Assembly (NCBI GenBank): GCA_002269645.1
Contig: NIVC01003975.1
Span: forward strand, 1-64,000
Length of the DNA stretch: 64,000 bases
Direction: 5' to 3'
Origin: Macrostomum lignano
Lineage: Eukaryota
Of the stretch, positions 39,401-53,300 are shown piece after piece. The translations under genes were made by a program, and so were the position numbers. Below the pieces are notes generated by a model. The model was not told the origin of the DNA, ran no database searches, and saw nothing but the letters and a program-made list of their open reading frames with translations. Numbering within the stretch: position 1 is the first letter of the stretch; each line of letters starts with the position of its first letter.

Positions 39401-41071
39401 CATCCTAGTGTTGAGATCCAACATCATGGAATGTTGAGATCCCACATCCTGGAGTGTTGAGATCCCACATCCTGGAGTGTTGAGATCCCCCATACTGGAG
39501 TGTTGAGCTCCCACATCCTAGTGTTGAGATCCCACACCCTGGAGCGTTGAGATCCCACATCCTGGAGTGTTGAGATCCCACACCCTGGAGCGTTGAGATC
39601 CCACATCCTGGAGTGTTGAGATCCCACATCCTAGTGTTGAGATCCAACATCATGGAGTGTTGAGATCCCACATCATGGAGTGTTGAGATCCCACATCCTG
39701 GAGTGTTGAGATCCCACATCCTGGAGTGTTGAGATCCCACATCCTAGTGTTGAGATCCCACATCCTGGAGTGTTGAGATCCCACATCCTGGAGTGTTGAG
39801 ATCCCACATCCTGGAGTGTTGAGATCCCACATCCTAGTGTTGAGATCCCCCATACTGGAGTTTTGAGATCCCACATCCTAGTGTTGAGATCCAACATCAT
39901 GGAGTGTTGAGATCCCACATCCTAGTGTTGAGATCCAACATCCTGGAGTGTTGAGATCCCCCATACTGGAGTGTTGAGATCCCACATCCGAGTGTTGAGA
40001 TCCCACATCCTGGAGTGTTAAGATCCCACATCCTGGAGTGTTGAGATCCCACATCCTGGAGTGTTGAGATCCCACATCCTGGAGTGTTGAGATCCCACAT
40101 CCTGGAGTGTTGAGATCCCACATCCTAGTGTTGAGATCCCCCATACTGGAGTTCTGAGATCCCACATCCTAGTGTTGAGATCCAACATCATGGAGCGTTG
40201 AGATCCCACATCCTGGAGTGTTGAGACTTGAGATCCCACATCCTAGTGTTGAGATCCAACATCATGGAGTGTTGAGATCCCACATCCTGGAGTGTTGAGA
40301 TCCCACATCCTAGTGTTGAGATCCAACATCGTGGAGCGTTGAGATCCCACATCCTGGAGCGTTGAGATGCCACATCCTGGAGAGTTGAGATCCCACATCC
40401 TGGAGTGTTGAGATCCCACATCCTGGAGTGTTGAGATCCCACATCCTGGAGTGTTGAGATCCCACATCCTGGAGTGTTGAAATCCCACATCCTAGTGTTG
40501 AGATCCCCCATACTGGAGTGTTGAGATCCCACATCCTAGTGTTGAGTGTTGAGATACCACATCCTGGAGTGTTGGGATCCCACATCCTGGAGTGTTGTGA
40601 TCCCACACTCTGGAGTGTTGAGATCCCACATGCTAGAGTGTTAAGATCCCACATCCTAGAATGCTGAGATCCCACAGCCTGGAGTGTTGAGATCCCACAT
40701 CATCCCACATCTGTGATTATTATTCTAAACTAAATCTAAACCACAATCGCATAACCCAGACTCCACACCTGAGCAGTCTTCTCGGCAGCTTCAGTCAGTC
40801 GGTGCACGCAAAACACCCGAGCCTCGATGCTTTTGCAGCCGTCTAGAGCGCGCAGGAACTCCGCCTGCCGTTTGGCCGACAAGGAGCCACCTTTGGGGTC
40901 GAGCGGCGGCCTACTGGTCAACAGCAGGCTGCCAATGTCACGCAGCGTGTCCACCAGTGTCGACTTTGACAAATCAGCTGATGTAGAATTCAACAGACAA
41001 GCCTCAACGCAATGAGCCAAATCGAATAAATCGATTCTATCCAGGCAGGTTCGAACCTGGGACCTATCCAT
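36478..41071 (-). CDS. PSMD5: 26S proteasome assembly chaperone PSMD5 (S5b), 4 exons: 40769-41071, 38824-39278, 37639-38185, 36478-36720; about 515 aa
   Basis: ARM/HEAT-like protein with VVRMRGLELAARL, DPLLAVNCLEVL, PFPEIRLEAFGLLAAIA and a C-terminal LLEFLLDRRTE...KFAVVEA...LHVKQGLYY...VATE matching PSMD5; phases consistent; total 1548 bp. Confidence 0.85.
36850..37570. repeat. About 39-bp minisatellite (tatgacgtcagtttctatttttagaactaacctacacta), PSMD5 intron 3; related units also at 36070-36230
   Basis: Tandem copies interrupted by unique sequence at about 37100-37385. Confidence 0.88.
38325..38795. repeat. 21-bp minisatellite (ccagattatcaacctaaattc), PSMD5 intron 2
   Basis: Tandem copies. 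Confidence 0.92.
39320..40705. repeat. 21-23-bp minisatellite (gttgagatcccacatcctggagt and variants), PSMD5 intron 1
   Basis: About 60 tandem variant copies. Confidence 0.93.
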
Positions 41072-43163
41072 TTCGACTAGCTGTCTGTTAAATTGAGTAA
41101 ATATCGATTATAACAGTATTGAAACTAATTTAAATAATGGCGATATGCATGGCAACACAAGTACTGAATATCTTGCAGAGACTCACTTGTACAAAACAAT
41201 TGCCTCATCAGCATTGTTCGAATTGTTGCCATGCAAAACAAGGCTCTTTAAGCGGTCACACAGATTGTCTGTTTCAGACATGAGTGCTGAAGGTGGTGGA
41301 CAAATTAATTTGTGCACATTTTGTATCGATTGGCCTATAATCTGATATTAATAATATATTACATTTATTCAAAAACCTATATTAAACACAATATAAACAG
41401 GCATCTAGATATCAAACTGTATATAAATTAAATAAAAACATTGAAATTTTAGTATATTGGATGGTCTAATCCTCTTCAAAATTACAAATGCTAATGTTTA
41501 CAAATGTAGAAAGCCATAGTAAGGAAGGTGGCACAGTGTGAATCAAAACATTTTTTATGTACCATCTATGCATTGTTTATTATGTTCTAAACTGTAAAAT
41601 GATAAACTGGTTAAAAACCATAAAAAACTAGACACCTTGGTTAATTATTGGGTTTAGATTAAAGATGAAAAATAAGACAAACAAAAAATTTAAAACAAAA
41701 ATAGAGCTCCATAGCAAAAAATTGCATAAAGTGTTATACTCTACAGAGTTCCATAGCTTACACTTTTTGAAATTTCAATACTTTTTGGCTTTGTTTAATT
41801 GTTAGCTTTGCACAATATTTAAATTTAATTGTTTTTTCTAATAATTTACTAGTACAATTTTATTTACTTTATTATTTTTTCAATGAGCCCTTTACTGAAA
41901 AACCACTTTTTATTGATAATGAAACATCCATTCACTAAAATGTCTCAATGTAATCTATAAACATATAAAAATTATACATTTGGATATGCAAGTTAGAATA
42001 AGAAATAATTATATGTTTTATATCAATTATGCCCAAAAAATTGTGCAATACATATATTAAAGATGTTTTGCGCCAAATGCACCAAGGACCTCTTGTATGC
42101 ATTGTGATTATATACAGAGTATGATTGTGTACTAAGTGCATCTTGGACCCCTTGTGTAGACTAGAATTTTCTCTGGCAAAGGCCATCTTTCTGACTATAG
42201 GTAGAAAGTATAGGAGCACATGCAAGAGAGGGGTTGCAGCCCCTACGAGCAAGGGAAAGAATAGGTAGATGTCTAGTCCAAAAAGAAGGTTCTTAGTATA
42301 GTTGATATTGGCTATAATCTATAATCTGAAAGATAGGGCCTAGCCTTTATGTTGAAAAAGTCTAGTATATTTTTGCCCTTTTTTGACAATCTTGGTATAT
42401 ATACTTTTTAGGTCCTATATTAGTCTACACATGGCATACAAAAATAGCCAAGTTTAGGCTTAGTGTATATGGTGCAACTAAATTAAATATTAATCAAAGA
42501 AAGCTCTTTAAAACTAAAAAGAAAACTAAAATAAAAAATAATAATGCAACTTATAAGGAAAAAATAAAATAAAGAGTAATAGCTCTCAAAAATAGACATT
42601 TTAAGGTTTATTAAAACTCTTTTTTGAAAGAATATACTGTACACAAAGTTGGCTTATAAGCAATTTTACTTTGATATATTTTTTATTAAATTTACATTGG
42701 TGCAGATTAAAAACTAGGATTTTCACTATAGTATATGCTGCCTTTCAAGTTTCAAGTTGCTGGATTGGGTGATGAGCCTTAATGAATTCCAGTTTAAATA
42801 TTGAACATAGAAATGGCACAAAGCTCACTAGGCCTAGCAGACAGTTGACTGACAGAAGTTGTTGAAGCAACTATAGAGAAGATGGCATAAGTGCCAACAA
42901 AGAAGGCGTGAAAGCCAGTGAATCTGACTATAGTCTATAGAAAGTTTGAATACTAAGGAAGATAGTGTGAAGCCAAGCAATAGTGAATGTTAAAGAAGGT
43001 ATAAGTGGTATGGAAAACTATGATAATGAAGAGATGTAGGCTTTGCATCTTACTGATTCAGAATCTAGGATTGATTCATTAGTCTTAAGAAAGGAAGGAG
43101 TGAAGAGTAGAGTAGATGTGTCAACATAGAGTTCAAGCTTTATCTTATGCAACCAAACATGCT

Positions 43164-43325
43164 TGGGCGCAACCTAGGGATTCACCTGGCCACTTCCATT
43201 GGCAACACACACATGAAAGTTGCTATTGGATGGAATAGTTAGTCACGTGACTACTTTCAAGCCAATAGCAACTTACATGTGTGTGTTGCCAATAGAAATG
43301 GCCAAGTGATTCCCAAGGTTGCCCA
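43164..43325. mobile_element. Fold-back (hairpin) MITE-like element
   Basis: Left arm tgggcgcaacctagggattcacctggccacttccattggcaacacacacatgaaagttgctattgg is the near reverse complement of the right arm ccaatagcaacttacatgtgtgtgttgccaatagaaatggccaagtgattcccaaggttgccca; central palindrome agtcacgtgact. Confidence 0.7.
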
Positions 43326-43346
43326 TGTATACAACCAAACCTAGGG

Positions 43347-43635
43347 GGCAATGGCTAGAATTCCGGCACTGGAACCCATTTTCTAATGGCTACAGATCCG
43401 GCAGTGCCATTATAATATAGATGGAACATTATATTTTTCTTTCTAGATGGGGCTAATATTGAGATTTTGTTCTAGATAAAAATTTAAGACAATATGATAA
43501 GATTTGGGCCGAGATTCTTCTAATATCCAGACTTCTTAGATATGTTCTTAGCAGTCTTTATATGCTTCTATACGGCATTGCCGGATCCCTAGCTATTAGA
43601 AAATGGGTTCCAGTGCCGGAACTCTAGCCATTACC
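43347..43635. mobile_element. MITE with about 60-bp TIRs and a 9-bp target-site duplication (Merlin- or Mutator-type)
   Basis: TIR ggcaatggctagaattccggcactggaacccattttctaatggcta... pairs with ...tagctattagaaaatgggttccagtgccggaactctagccattacc; direct repeat aacctaggg at 43338-43346 and 43636-43644. Confidence 0.85.
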
Positions 43636-44099
43636 AACCTAGGGCATAAATATGTTATACTTTATATTTTTGTTTTGGGATATTTTCATATGAAATAAAA
43701 GTCTGTTGGCATAGTACATTGGCATACATGAACTAGGGAAACAATTTTTGCTCTGGCATTCAATGCTATGTTACATGATCCTAGTATATAAGGTCTAGGG
43801 CCCTTATCATAAAAAACTCAAGTCAAATTAACAACTGCAAAAATGAATATGTTTGGACAAATCTTATTTTACTTAAGTAGTTGAAAAACTTGTCAAATTG
43901 CAAATTGTTGGTTTTTTGCTTGTAATCAAAGACATTATACAAGATAACAAGTACAACTATATCAAAATTTGCATTTGCATAGGCCTATTGTTATATCACA
44001 GTCAATGACATTGTCATTTGCACCTACAGTCAATGACAATGTCGATCTCATTTAAATTAAAATTGTCTAAATCACTTGTCTAAATTACTATATTACTAA

Positions 44100-45200
44100 A
44101 AAACAAAACTTCTAACTTAAACTTATCCAACAAAATGACTCGCACTTCTGGGCATTAGGCAAAATGACACGGAAAGTCTTTAGGACAATTGTTAGTAGTA
44201 TAGCGATATAATCTCGCCCGTTAGTAACCCAACCAAAGGCAAAAAGTACTGGGCAGCTGCAGACTCCGCTATCTGATAGAATTCCAGCAAAATCTAAATG
44301 AAACACAATACACAAAGCCGTTAGATAGGCTTATGAAAGGCAAGGGGGTGCCACCGAATTCGTCAACATCTCGTCATCTCGTCAATTCGTCAACGTCAGC
44401 AAGGAACAGATATTCTGTATCGCAATCTCGTACGTATCAAATAAGATAATGAAAACCGAACTTGAACTGCTTAAATGATACTGAACTTACTCATTTGTTC
44501 CAACTTCGCAGAAAATACCTTTTTTAAAATTAGGCTAATCATAAGATGCAAGTTTTTTTCAGAATAATCTATTAAAACTGGAATACTCTACTTTAATAAT
44601 TAATTTACTTTTTGCATTTTTTATTTTATTTATATTTTTTGTATTAAGTTTTGTTGTTTTACTTTAATGTTAAAAATTTAAATACACAATCTTCCTAGAA
44701 GAAATGTCATTACACGTCGCGTCACCGTCACATCATTTCTACCAGAAAATTATTGGTGTGGTTATATAAGTAAGGACCGTGAACAGAAGAATCTTTGTTA
44801 TGTTATTCGTTCTAAACCTACTATCCTTTGAGAATTAAGTGAAACTGAGTTTAAGTCACACAACGTTTTATCTACTAGTTATTTACAACAAAAATAGGCC
44901 TATGTTTTTAATTTAATCTTGTCTTGGGAAGGGAAGCTAACTTTTTGAGCAGTGTGGCGTGCGTTCTAATTCTAATTCCCCACCGCATTTTGTGGCCACT
45001 ATTGGCCGTCGAGTGGTTTATTCTTTTATTTTTTAGAACTTTAACTTAGTCAGTTCTACTTCTAATTCTAAATTCTAGACCTGGGCATGGTTAGGAACAG
45101 GAAGGGCAGGGCAGGGGCGCCTTGTGCCAAGTAAAAAAGTGCATGTGGGCCAAGAAACAAGTAACGCGCACCTTGTATTACTATTAGGCTTAGTGCGTCT
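44100..45200. promoter_or_regulatory. Candidate bidirectional promoter (CpG-retaining island) for PSMD5 (-) and PDCD6 (+)
   Basis: Local CpG cluster between two divergent housekeeping genes, flanked by CpG-poor AT-rich DNA; function inferred. Confidence 0.45.
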
Positions 45201-47154
45201 AGCTATAATATGGCAGTATAATAAGTTCTGGGTTTTGCAAAATGCATCAGTCATAAATAAAGGCAAAACAATACAATAGATAGTCACAATTCTAAAAAAA
45301 TTATGAATTAATTAAATTTATGAGAACAATGCAATTTAGAAATTTATATATTTTTGAGTTTTTTCTTTAACATTAATACAATAATGATTGTTGTAATATT
45401 TTAAACTTTCAATGCAATTTGTATCATTTGTATATTTGGAAATAGGCCTTATATATTCGTGCTATTTGAATTGAATTAAATATTTGAAAAAGTAGCTAGT
45501 ACACATTTACATGTCATACATTACATGTGAACTAAGAAGATTTTACTTTATAGACTATGTTTTAAGTATGGTCTTTTTATTAACATTTAAAACAAAAAAT
45601 AATTACCGAAAATAATTTGCTTACTTAAACAAAATAGAGTAGTGTTTCCTAGTTTTTTGCACTAATTTAATTTGACAAAAGTTCAATCTATTTTTGCGTG
45701 TAAAGCATTGTCACTACAATATAGAAATAAAACAAACTATTATAGATTTTATGAAGGCAGTTATGATAGGCACTAGTACATATTATTACTTTATTCATTA
45801 TAATAACTTTTCTACAAGTTGGAAAGTTGGTGGAAATTGCAGATAAATAAATAAAAAATTATCATATTTAAATTTGTCATAATATGATATTGACTTCACC
45901 AAATCAATAAAACTTTAAAATTTAAATATGACAACTTTGACTAAAAGCAAGGGCATATATTACATATTTATGTAATACAATGAAATTAATATATATATTT
46001 GAAATTTGTTCTGCTATATTTGATTTTTGTCTATCGGTGTATGTATTCCATTGTACTAGGCCTATTAATTTAATTAAGAATATTCCTAGAATTCTAAGCA
46101 GATGGTTGCCCCTATGAGTTGAGATCCTTGCATAGCCCATGCAACACAATATGATTTAGTGAATGCTATACTCATTATACTTGTTTGATTCATAGATGAT
46201 GAAATAACCAAACTCATTAAGTGCCATTATTGATGGATAATAGAGTGATAAATGCTAGGTAATAGATGACAAATTGTTCGGATAACAAAGTGTCTAGGAA
46301 CCAATTCTAAGTCATTTTGTTATTTACCATTTTATCATCTAGGATATTTATGGGACTATTTTGGTTCTATTCAATTTGTAATTTTACTTAGTAGGCATAG
46401 CTGTGATTCTTCTATATCTCCCATTATAAATTCCAAAAACTTCTGCAATCAGTTAAATTAGATGATAGTATATTAGTGCTCATAAGATAAAAATAGGAGA
46501 GATATTTATTTCATTTTATGATCACATTCATGTTAAAATTACATTTAGAGGACTGTTAGCACAAAAGGAGAAAAATAAATGTACTAACAAAGGCTTTATA
46601 CCTAGGGCTATATGTATTACATCCTTCAATTTGTAGAATAGGTTAGAAAATTGTCTAAAGATATCATTCTCAACAATATAAATGGATATTTTAAGGCTTG
46701 TATAAAGGTTGCTTATCAAATAATAAATGAACTTTTTACTATGCCAATAAATTAACCCTATAATGATTTTGTTATATTTTAATTTTTTAAAATGTGTTAA
46801 AAATCAGGCTATTTTCCTAGGTAACTGAATAGATAGACTAATGCTTATTATTGTCCTATTAGAGCTAAAAACCTATTTTTAGAATATAGCATATACTGGT
46901 AATATACAGTTGGTAAAAATTTAAAACAATCTGTAGGTCTAATTGAAGATACATAAGTGTCTGTGACTTATCTAAGGTTTCTTATATTTTCTGTAAATAA
47001 AAAGTTCAAGGTTTAATTATCATCAGGGGTCATTAACATGCTAAATTTTACTTATTGAATAGTTTTGAATTCAATAATTGTGTAAAATATATAAAGCACT
47101 AATATTTATTTGCATTTGTGGGTGTTATATCACTGTTACTGATATTGCATGTAA

Positions 47155-48582
<1,428 letters not shown>

Positions 48583-48814
48583 CTGAGTGAGTAGTATATG
48601 CTTTGTTCTGTTTCTATTAAATACCTATAGAAAACATTTTGAAGTTTCCACCACACGACCATTGTGGTCAATACGTGGGTATTTGATAATCTATTTCTAA
48701 GTGTAAAGTGTGTTTTTTATTTTATGGCAAAATTCAATAAATCCATCTCGCTATTGTGCCGCTTCGCAGATGTCATCAAGGTTTCTATTTTTATTCCTCG
48801 GCAAAAATTTTCAA

Positions 48815-48868
<54 letters not shown>
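48815..48868. repeat. (TTA)n microsatellite
   Basis: Direct inspection. Confidence 0.95.
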
Positions 48869-48871
<3 letters not shown>

Positions 48872-48872
48872 C

Positions 48873-49766
48873 CAGGGGTCGGCAAACTCCGGCCCGCAAA
48901 GCTTCTCTATTCGGCCCTCGGGTCATTTGAAACTTCACAGTAGCAATCCGGACCGCTAAACGTACGTTTACATCTCTTCTCAGCGTTGCTCTCTTTAATC
49001 TTCTCTCCTCTCCTCTCCTCTTCTCTCTCGCGTCTCTTGCCTCTCCTCTCTCTCTCCTCTCCTCTCGTCTCTTCTACTCTCCTCTTTTCTCCTCTCTTCT
49101 CTCTCCTCTCTCCTCTCTCCTCTCCTCTCCTCTCCTCTTCTCTCTCGCCTCTCTTGCCTCTCCTCTCTCTCTCCTCTCCTCTCGTCTCTTCTACTCTCCT
49201 CTTTTCTCCTCTCTTCTCTCTCCTCTCTCCTCTCTCCTCTCTCCTCTCCTCTCTCTCTCCTCTCCTCTCGTCTCTTCTACTCTCCTTTTTTCTCCTCTCT
49301 TCTCTCTCCTCTCTCCTCTCTCCTCTCCTCTCCTCTCCTCTTCTCTCTCGCCTCTCTTGCCTCTCCTCTCTCTCTCCTCTCCTCTCGTCTCTTCTACTCT
49401 CCTCTTTTCTCCTCTCTTCTCTCTCCTCTCTCCTCTCTCCTCTCCTCTCCTCTCCTCTTCTCTCTCGCCTCTCTTGCCTCTCCTCTCTCCTCTCTCCTCT
49501 CCTCTCTCCTCTCTCCTCTCCTCTCGTCTCTTCTCCGCTCCTCTCCTCTCCGCTCCTCTCCTCTCCGCTCCTCTCCTCTCCGCTCCTCTCCTCTTCTCTC
49601 CTCTCTATGTTATCTCCTCTCCTCTTTTCTCTTGTATTCCCTCGTCTCTCCCTTCCCCTATATCCCTTCTCTTCTCAATTCCCTTTCCTCTCTCCCCTGT
49701 TCCGGCCGGCAGTCATGCTTTAGGCTCTCTGTCTGGCCCTTTAAGTAATAATTTTGCCAAACCCTG
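48873..49766. mobile_element. Non-autonomous hAT (Charlie/Buster-like) element containing a CT-rich simple repeat
   Basis: Left TIR caggggtcggcaaactccggcccgc; right TIR ttttgccaaaccctg; 8-bp flanks ttatatac and gtatatac (7/8 match, central TA); internal (CT)-rich tract at about 48970-49700. Confidence 0.75.
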
Positions 49767-50382
49767 GTATATACAATATTTACGTGTTGATTTTGAATTA
49801 AGGTAAACATTTTTATAAACATGCCATGCATTGTCTGTTTTGACTTTCTTAATTAATAACTTTATACTATTTTCCTGTTACGGTTATAATGCCTAACCTG
49901 TTTGCAGTTTATACAGAAATTGCGATTATGAATAAATTAATAATCTCAGTAATTTTATATTGTAGTATTTGAAAAACAATAAACAACTATAAACATATAA
50001 GTAAGATGCGCTGCTTTAAGTGTATACATTATGCCAATAATGCGAACGTTATTAACCTTAAATGACTGAAGTCATTCTTATTCTTTTAAATTGAAAATTT
50101 TAAATTTGAAAATAGTGCCAGAAATTTATTTAAATTCTTTAAAAAAGATAGATTATAATAATAGTTTTTTATAGTGGTATATTAGTCATAGTAAAAGAGG
50201 AACCGCGATTTTGTTTGGATTATACGCTATCATGAATTAAATCTTCTTAAACACGAGCATTTATATTAGTACACACAAAAATATCCGGCAGAACTCCATG
50301 CGCAATTTATACTACTTAATCGAAATTTGAGTCAGCAGTAGTCAGATAAGAGTTTTGTTTATAGTCTGCCCGGGTATTGTAA

Positions 50383-53300
50383 TTACTTGGTGTGCACCAG
50401 GGCGGGGAAGGTGCGCATTCGAAGCCGTTCAACTTCAGCTCTGAGCACCGCCACCTCTTTGGCTTGAGCTTTGGCCAGGTCAACAAGTCGCTGGCGTTGC
50501 AGAATCTGCTCGTACCGCTTCTTGGCGGCGTGCGACTCGTCACGTTTCTCCGCTGCAATTGGCGGCCAGTTGCAGTTGCTCTTTTTATAATATCGGTTTA
50601 CGAGTAGATCTCTCCCTCTATGCGTTCTTAATCTCTCCCTTTGGATCATTTCTAACTTCTATCTCCTCTCCCCTCTCTCATCTCTCTCCCCTCTCCCCTC
50701 TCCCCTATCCTCTCTCTTTTCAACCTACTCTCCTCTTTATCCTCTCCTCTCTCTTCTCTCTCCTCTTCCCTCCTGTCTCTCTCTCGTCCCATCTCCTCTC
50801 GCCTCTCCTTTTTCCTCATCTCTCCTGTCTCGGTTTCTCTTCGTATCCCAATTCTTTCTCATTCCCCTGTGTCTGCAAAACTTTATAGCAGCTTGGCACA
50901 CAGTCTAGCTGAATCCTTATGCAGCCGTCAGCATTCCCAATGCACTCTCACCATTAGTCTCCTCGATGTGCACTCGCTCGTTAACGCCAACATTCATTTC
51001 CTCCAGCTCAGCGTCTAGTCGCTCATTTTTCTTGGCCAATTGTCCAGATTTCACCTCGGACAGTTCCTTCAGCCTGGCTTGTTTCATCTCAATCATTTTG
51101 GCGTGATGCTGGAGCAGATATTTTTGTAGGTTTGAAGAAATATTTTATTCGTTAATAGTAGTCAGTCTAGCTAAATGTCCTCTATATTTTATAACCAACC
51201 TTTTTCATGAGCTCGATTGCCTGGTCCAGCTTCTGAATCTCGCTGTTGATCAAGCCGTCGTAATCCTCAGTTGACAGGTACTGAAATTGGGTGTAAATAG
51301 GTGAATTAAAACTGAGTTTAAAACTGTCCCTGGATATTGGTGTCAGGAAGGGCCACTGGAGCTTAAAACAGTCACAGGATATTGGTGTCAGGAAGGGCCA
51401 CTGGAGCTTAAAACTGTCACTGGATATTGGTGTCAGGAAGGCCCACTGGAGCTTAAAACTGTCACTGGATATTGGTGTCAGGAAGTCCCACTGCAGTATA
51501 AAACTGTCACTGGATATTGGTGTCAGGAAGTCCCACTGCAGTATAAAACTGTCACTGGATATTGGTGTCAGGAAGGGCCACTGCAGTATAAAACTGTCAC
51601 TGGATATTGGTGTCAGGAAGGGCCACTGCAGTATAAAACTGTCACTGGATATTGGTGTCAGGAAGGGCCACTGCAGTATAAAACTGTCACTGGATATTGG
51701 TGTCAGGAAGGGCCACTGCAGTATAAAACTGTCACTGGATATTGGTGTCAGGAAGTCCCACTGCAGTATAAAACTGTCACTGGATATTGGTGTCAGGAAG
51801 GGCCACTGCAGTATAAAACTGTCACTGGATATTGGTGTCAGGAAGTGCCACTGCAGTATAAAACTGTCACTGGATATTGGTGTCAGGAAGGGCCACTGCA
51901 GTATAAAACTGTCACTGGATATTGGTGCCAGGAAGGGCCACTGCAGTATAAAACTGTCACTGGATATTGGTGTCAGGAAGGGCCACTGCAGTATAAAACT
52001 GTCACTGGATATTGGTGTCAGGAAGGGCCACTGCAGTATAAAACTGTCACTGGATATTGGTGTCAGGAAGTCCCACTGCAGTATAAAACTGTCACTGGAT
52101 ATTGGTGTCAGGAAGGGCCACTGCAGTATAAAACTGTCACTGGATATTGGTGTCAGGAAGTCCCACTGCAGTATAAAACTGTCACTGGATATTGGTGTCA
52201 GGAAGGGCCACTGCAGTATAAAACTGTCACTGGATATTGGTGTCAGGAAGGGCCACTGCAGTATAAAACTGTCACTGGATATTGGTGTCAGGAAGGGCCA
52301 CTGCAGTATAAAACTGTCACTGGATATTGGTGTCAGGAAGGGCCACCGGAGTTTAAAACTGTCACTGGATATTGGTGCCAGGAAGGGCCACTGCAGTATA
52401 AAACTGTCACTGGAAATTGGTGTCAGGAAGGGCCACTGCAGTATAAAACTGTCACTGGATATTGGTGTCAGGAAGGGCCACTGCAGTATAAAACTGTCAC
52501 TGGAAATTGGTGTCAGGAAGGGCCACTGCAGTATAAAACTGTCACTGGATATTGGTGTCAGGAAGTCCCACTGCAGTATAAAACTGTCACTGGATATTGG
52601 TGTCAGGAAGGGCCACTGCAGTATAAAACTGTCACTGGATATTGGTGTCAGGAAGGGCCACTGCAGTATAAAACTGTCACTGGATATTGGTGTCAGGAAG
52701 GGCCACTGCAGTATAAAACTGTCACTGGAAATTGGTGTCAGGAAGGGCCACTGCAGTATAAAACTGTCACTGGATATTGGTGTCAGGAAGGGCCACTGGA
52801 GCTTAACAATGAGACTGGATTATATGCATTTTGCGTAACATCAGATAAGTCTTGCTCTGTCCAAATGTAACTACTCAAATCAAAAGATTCTAGTAAGTAG
52901 TATAACTTTTAAATGCACTAAGATCTTAGTCCTACCCTCTGAATTTCGCGCGTTATCTTGAAGCTATTAATATCGCGCAGCTTATTAATGAGATCCTCGG
53001 CGTCCATCCGCATGCCGCGGAGTTCCCATTCGAGTCGGCGGAACGTCTTCTTGGAGTCTTTGGCCTCCTCCATGAACCGCACCTTGGCCTCGCCCAGGGT
53101 CTTGATCTTGCTATTGAGGTCCTCCACTACACCGCGGCTGAGCAGAAGGCTGTCGGCGAAGTCAATGATAAAGTCGTCGCGCGGTTCGACCTCTACTTGA
53201 CCCTGCTTGACCAGCAGCTGCACCTCCAGGTTGTTAGCGAACTGGGCTCGCTGATTGGCTAGTTGCTCCTGGAAGCAGATTGTTACAATTGCTTGGCGGC

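Noticed and set aside
44481-44494. Minus-strand ATGA|GTAAGT micro-exon as the PSMD5 start
   Set aside because: A phase-1 join to either acceptor near 41081-41086 gives an early stop; at most a non-coding 5' exon.
48986-49806. Leu/Ser-rich ORFs and poly-Y/I/N/L ORFs at 48664-48959
   Set aside because: Translations of CT-rich and (TTA)n simple repeats.
51845-52870. 341-aa ORF of [15 protein letters not shown] repeats
   Set aside because: 45-bp tandem array inside a CFAP43 intron, antisense; the open frame follows from unit length.
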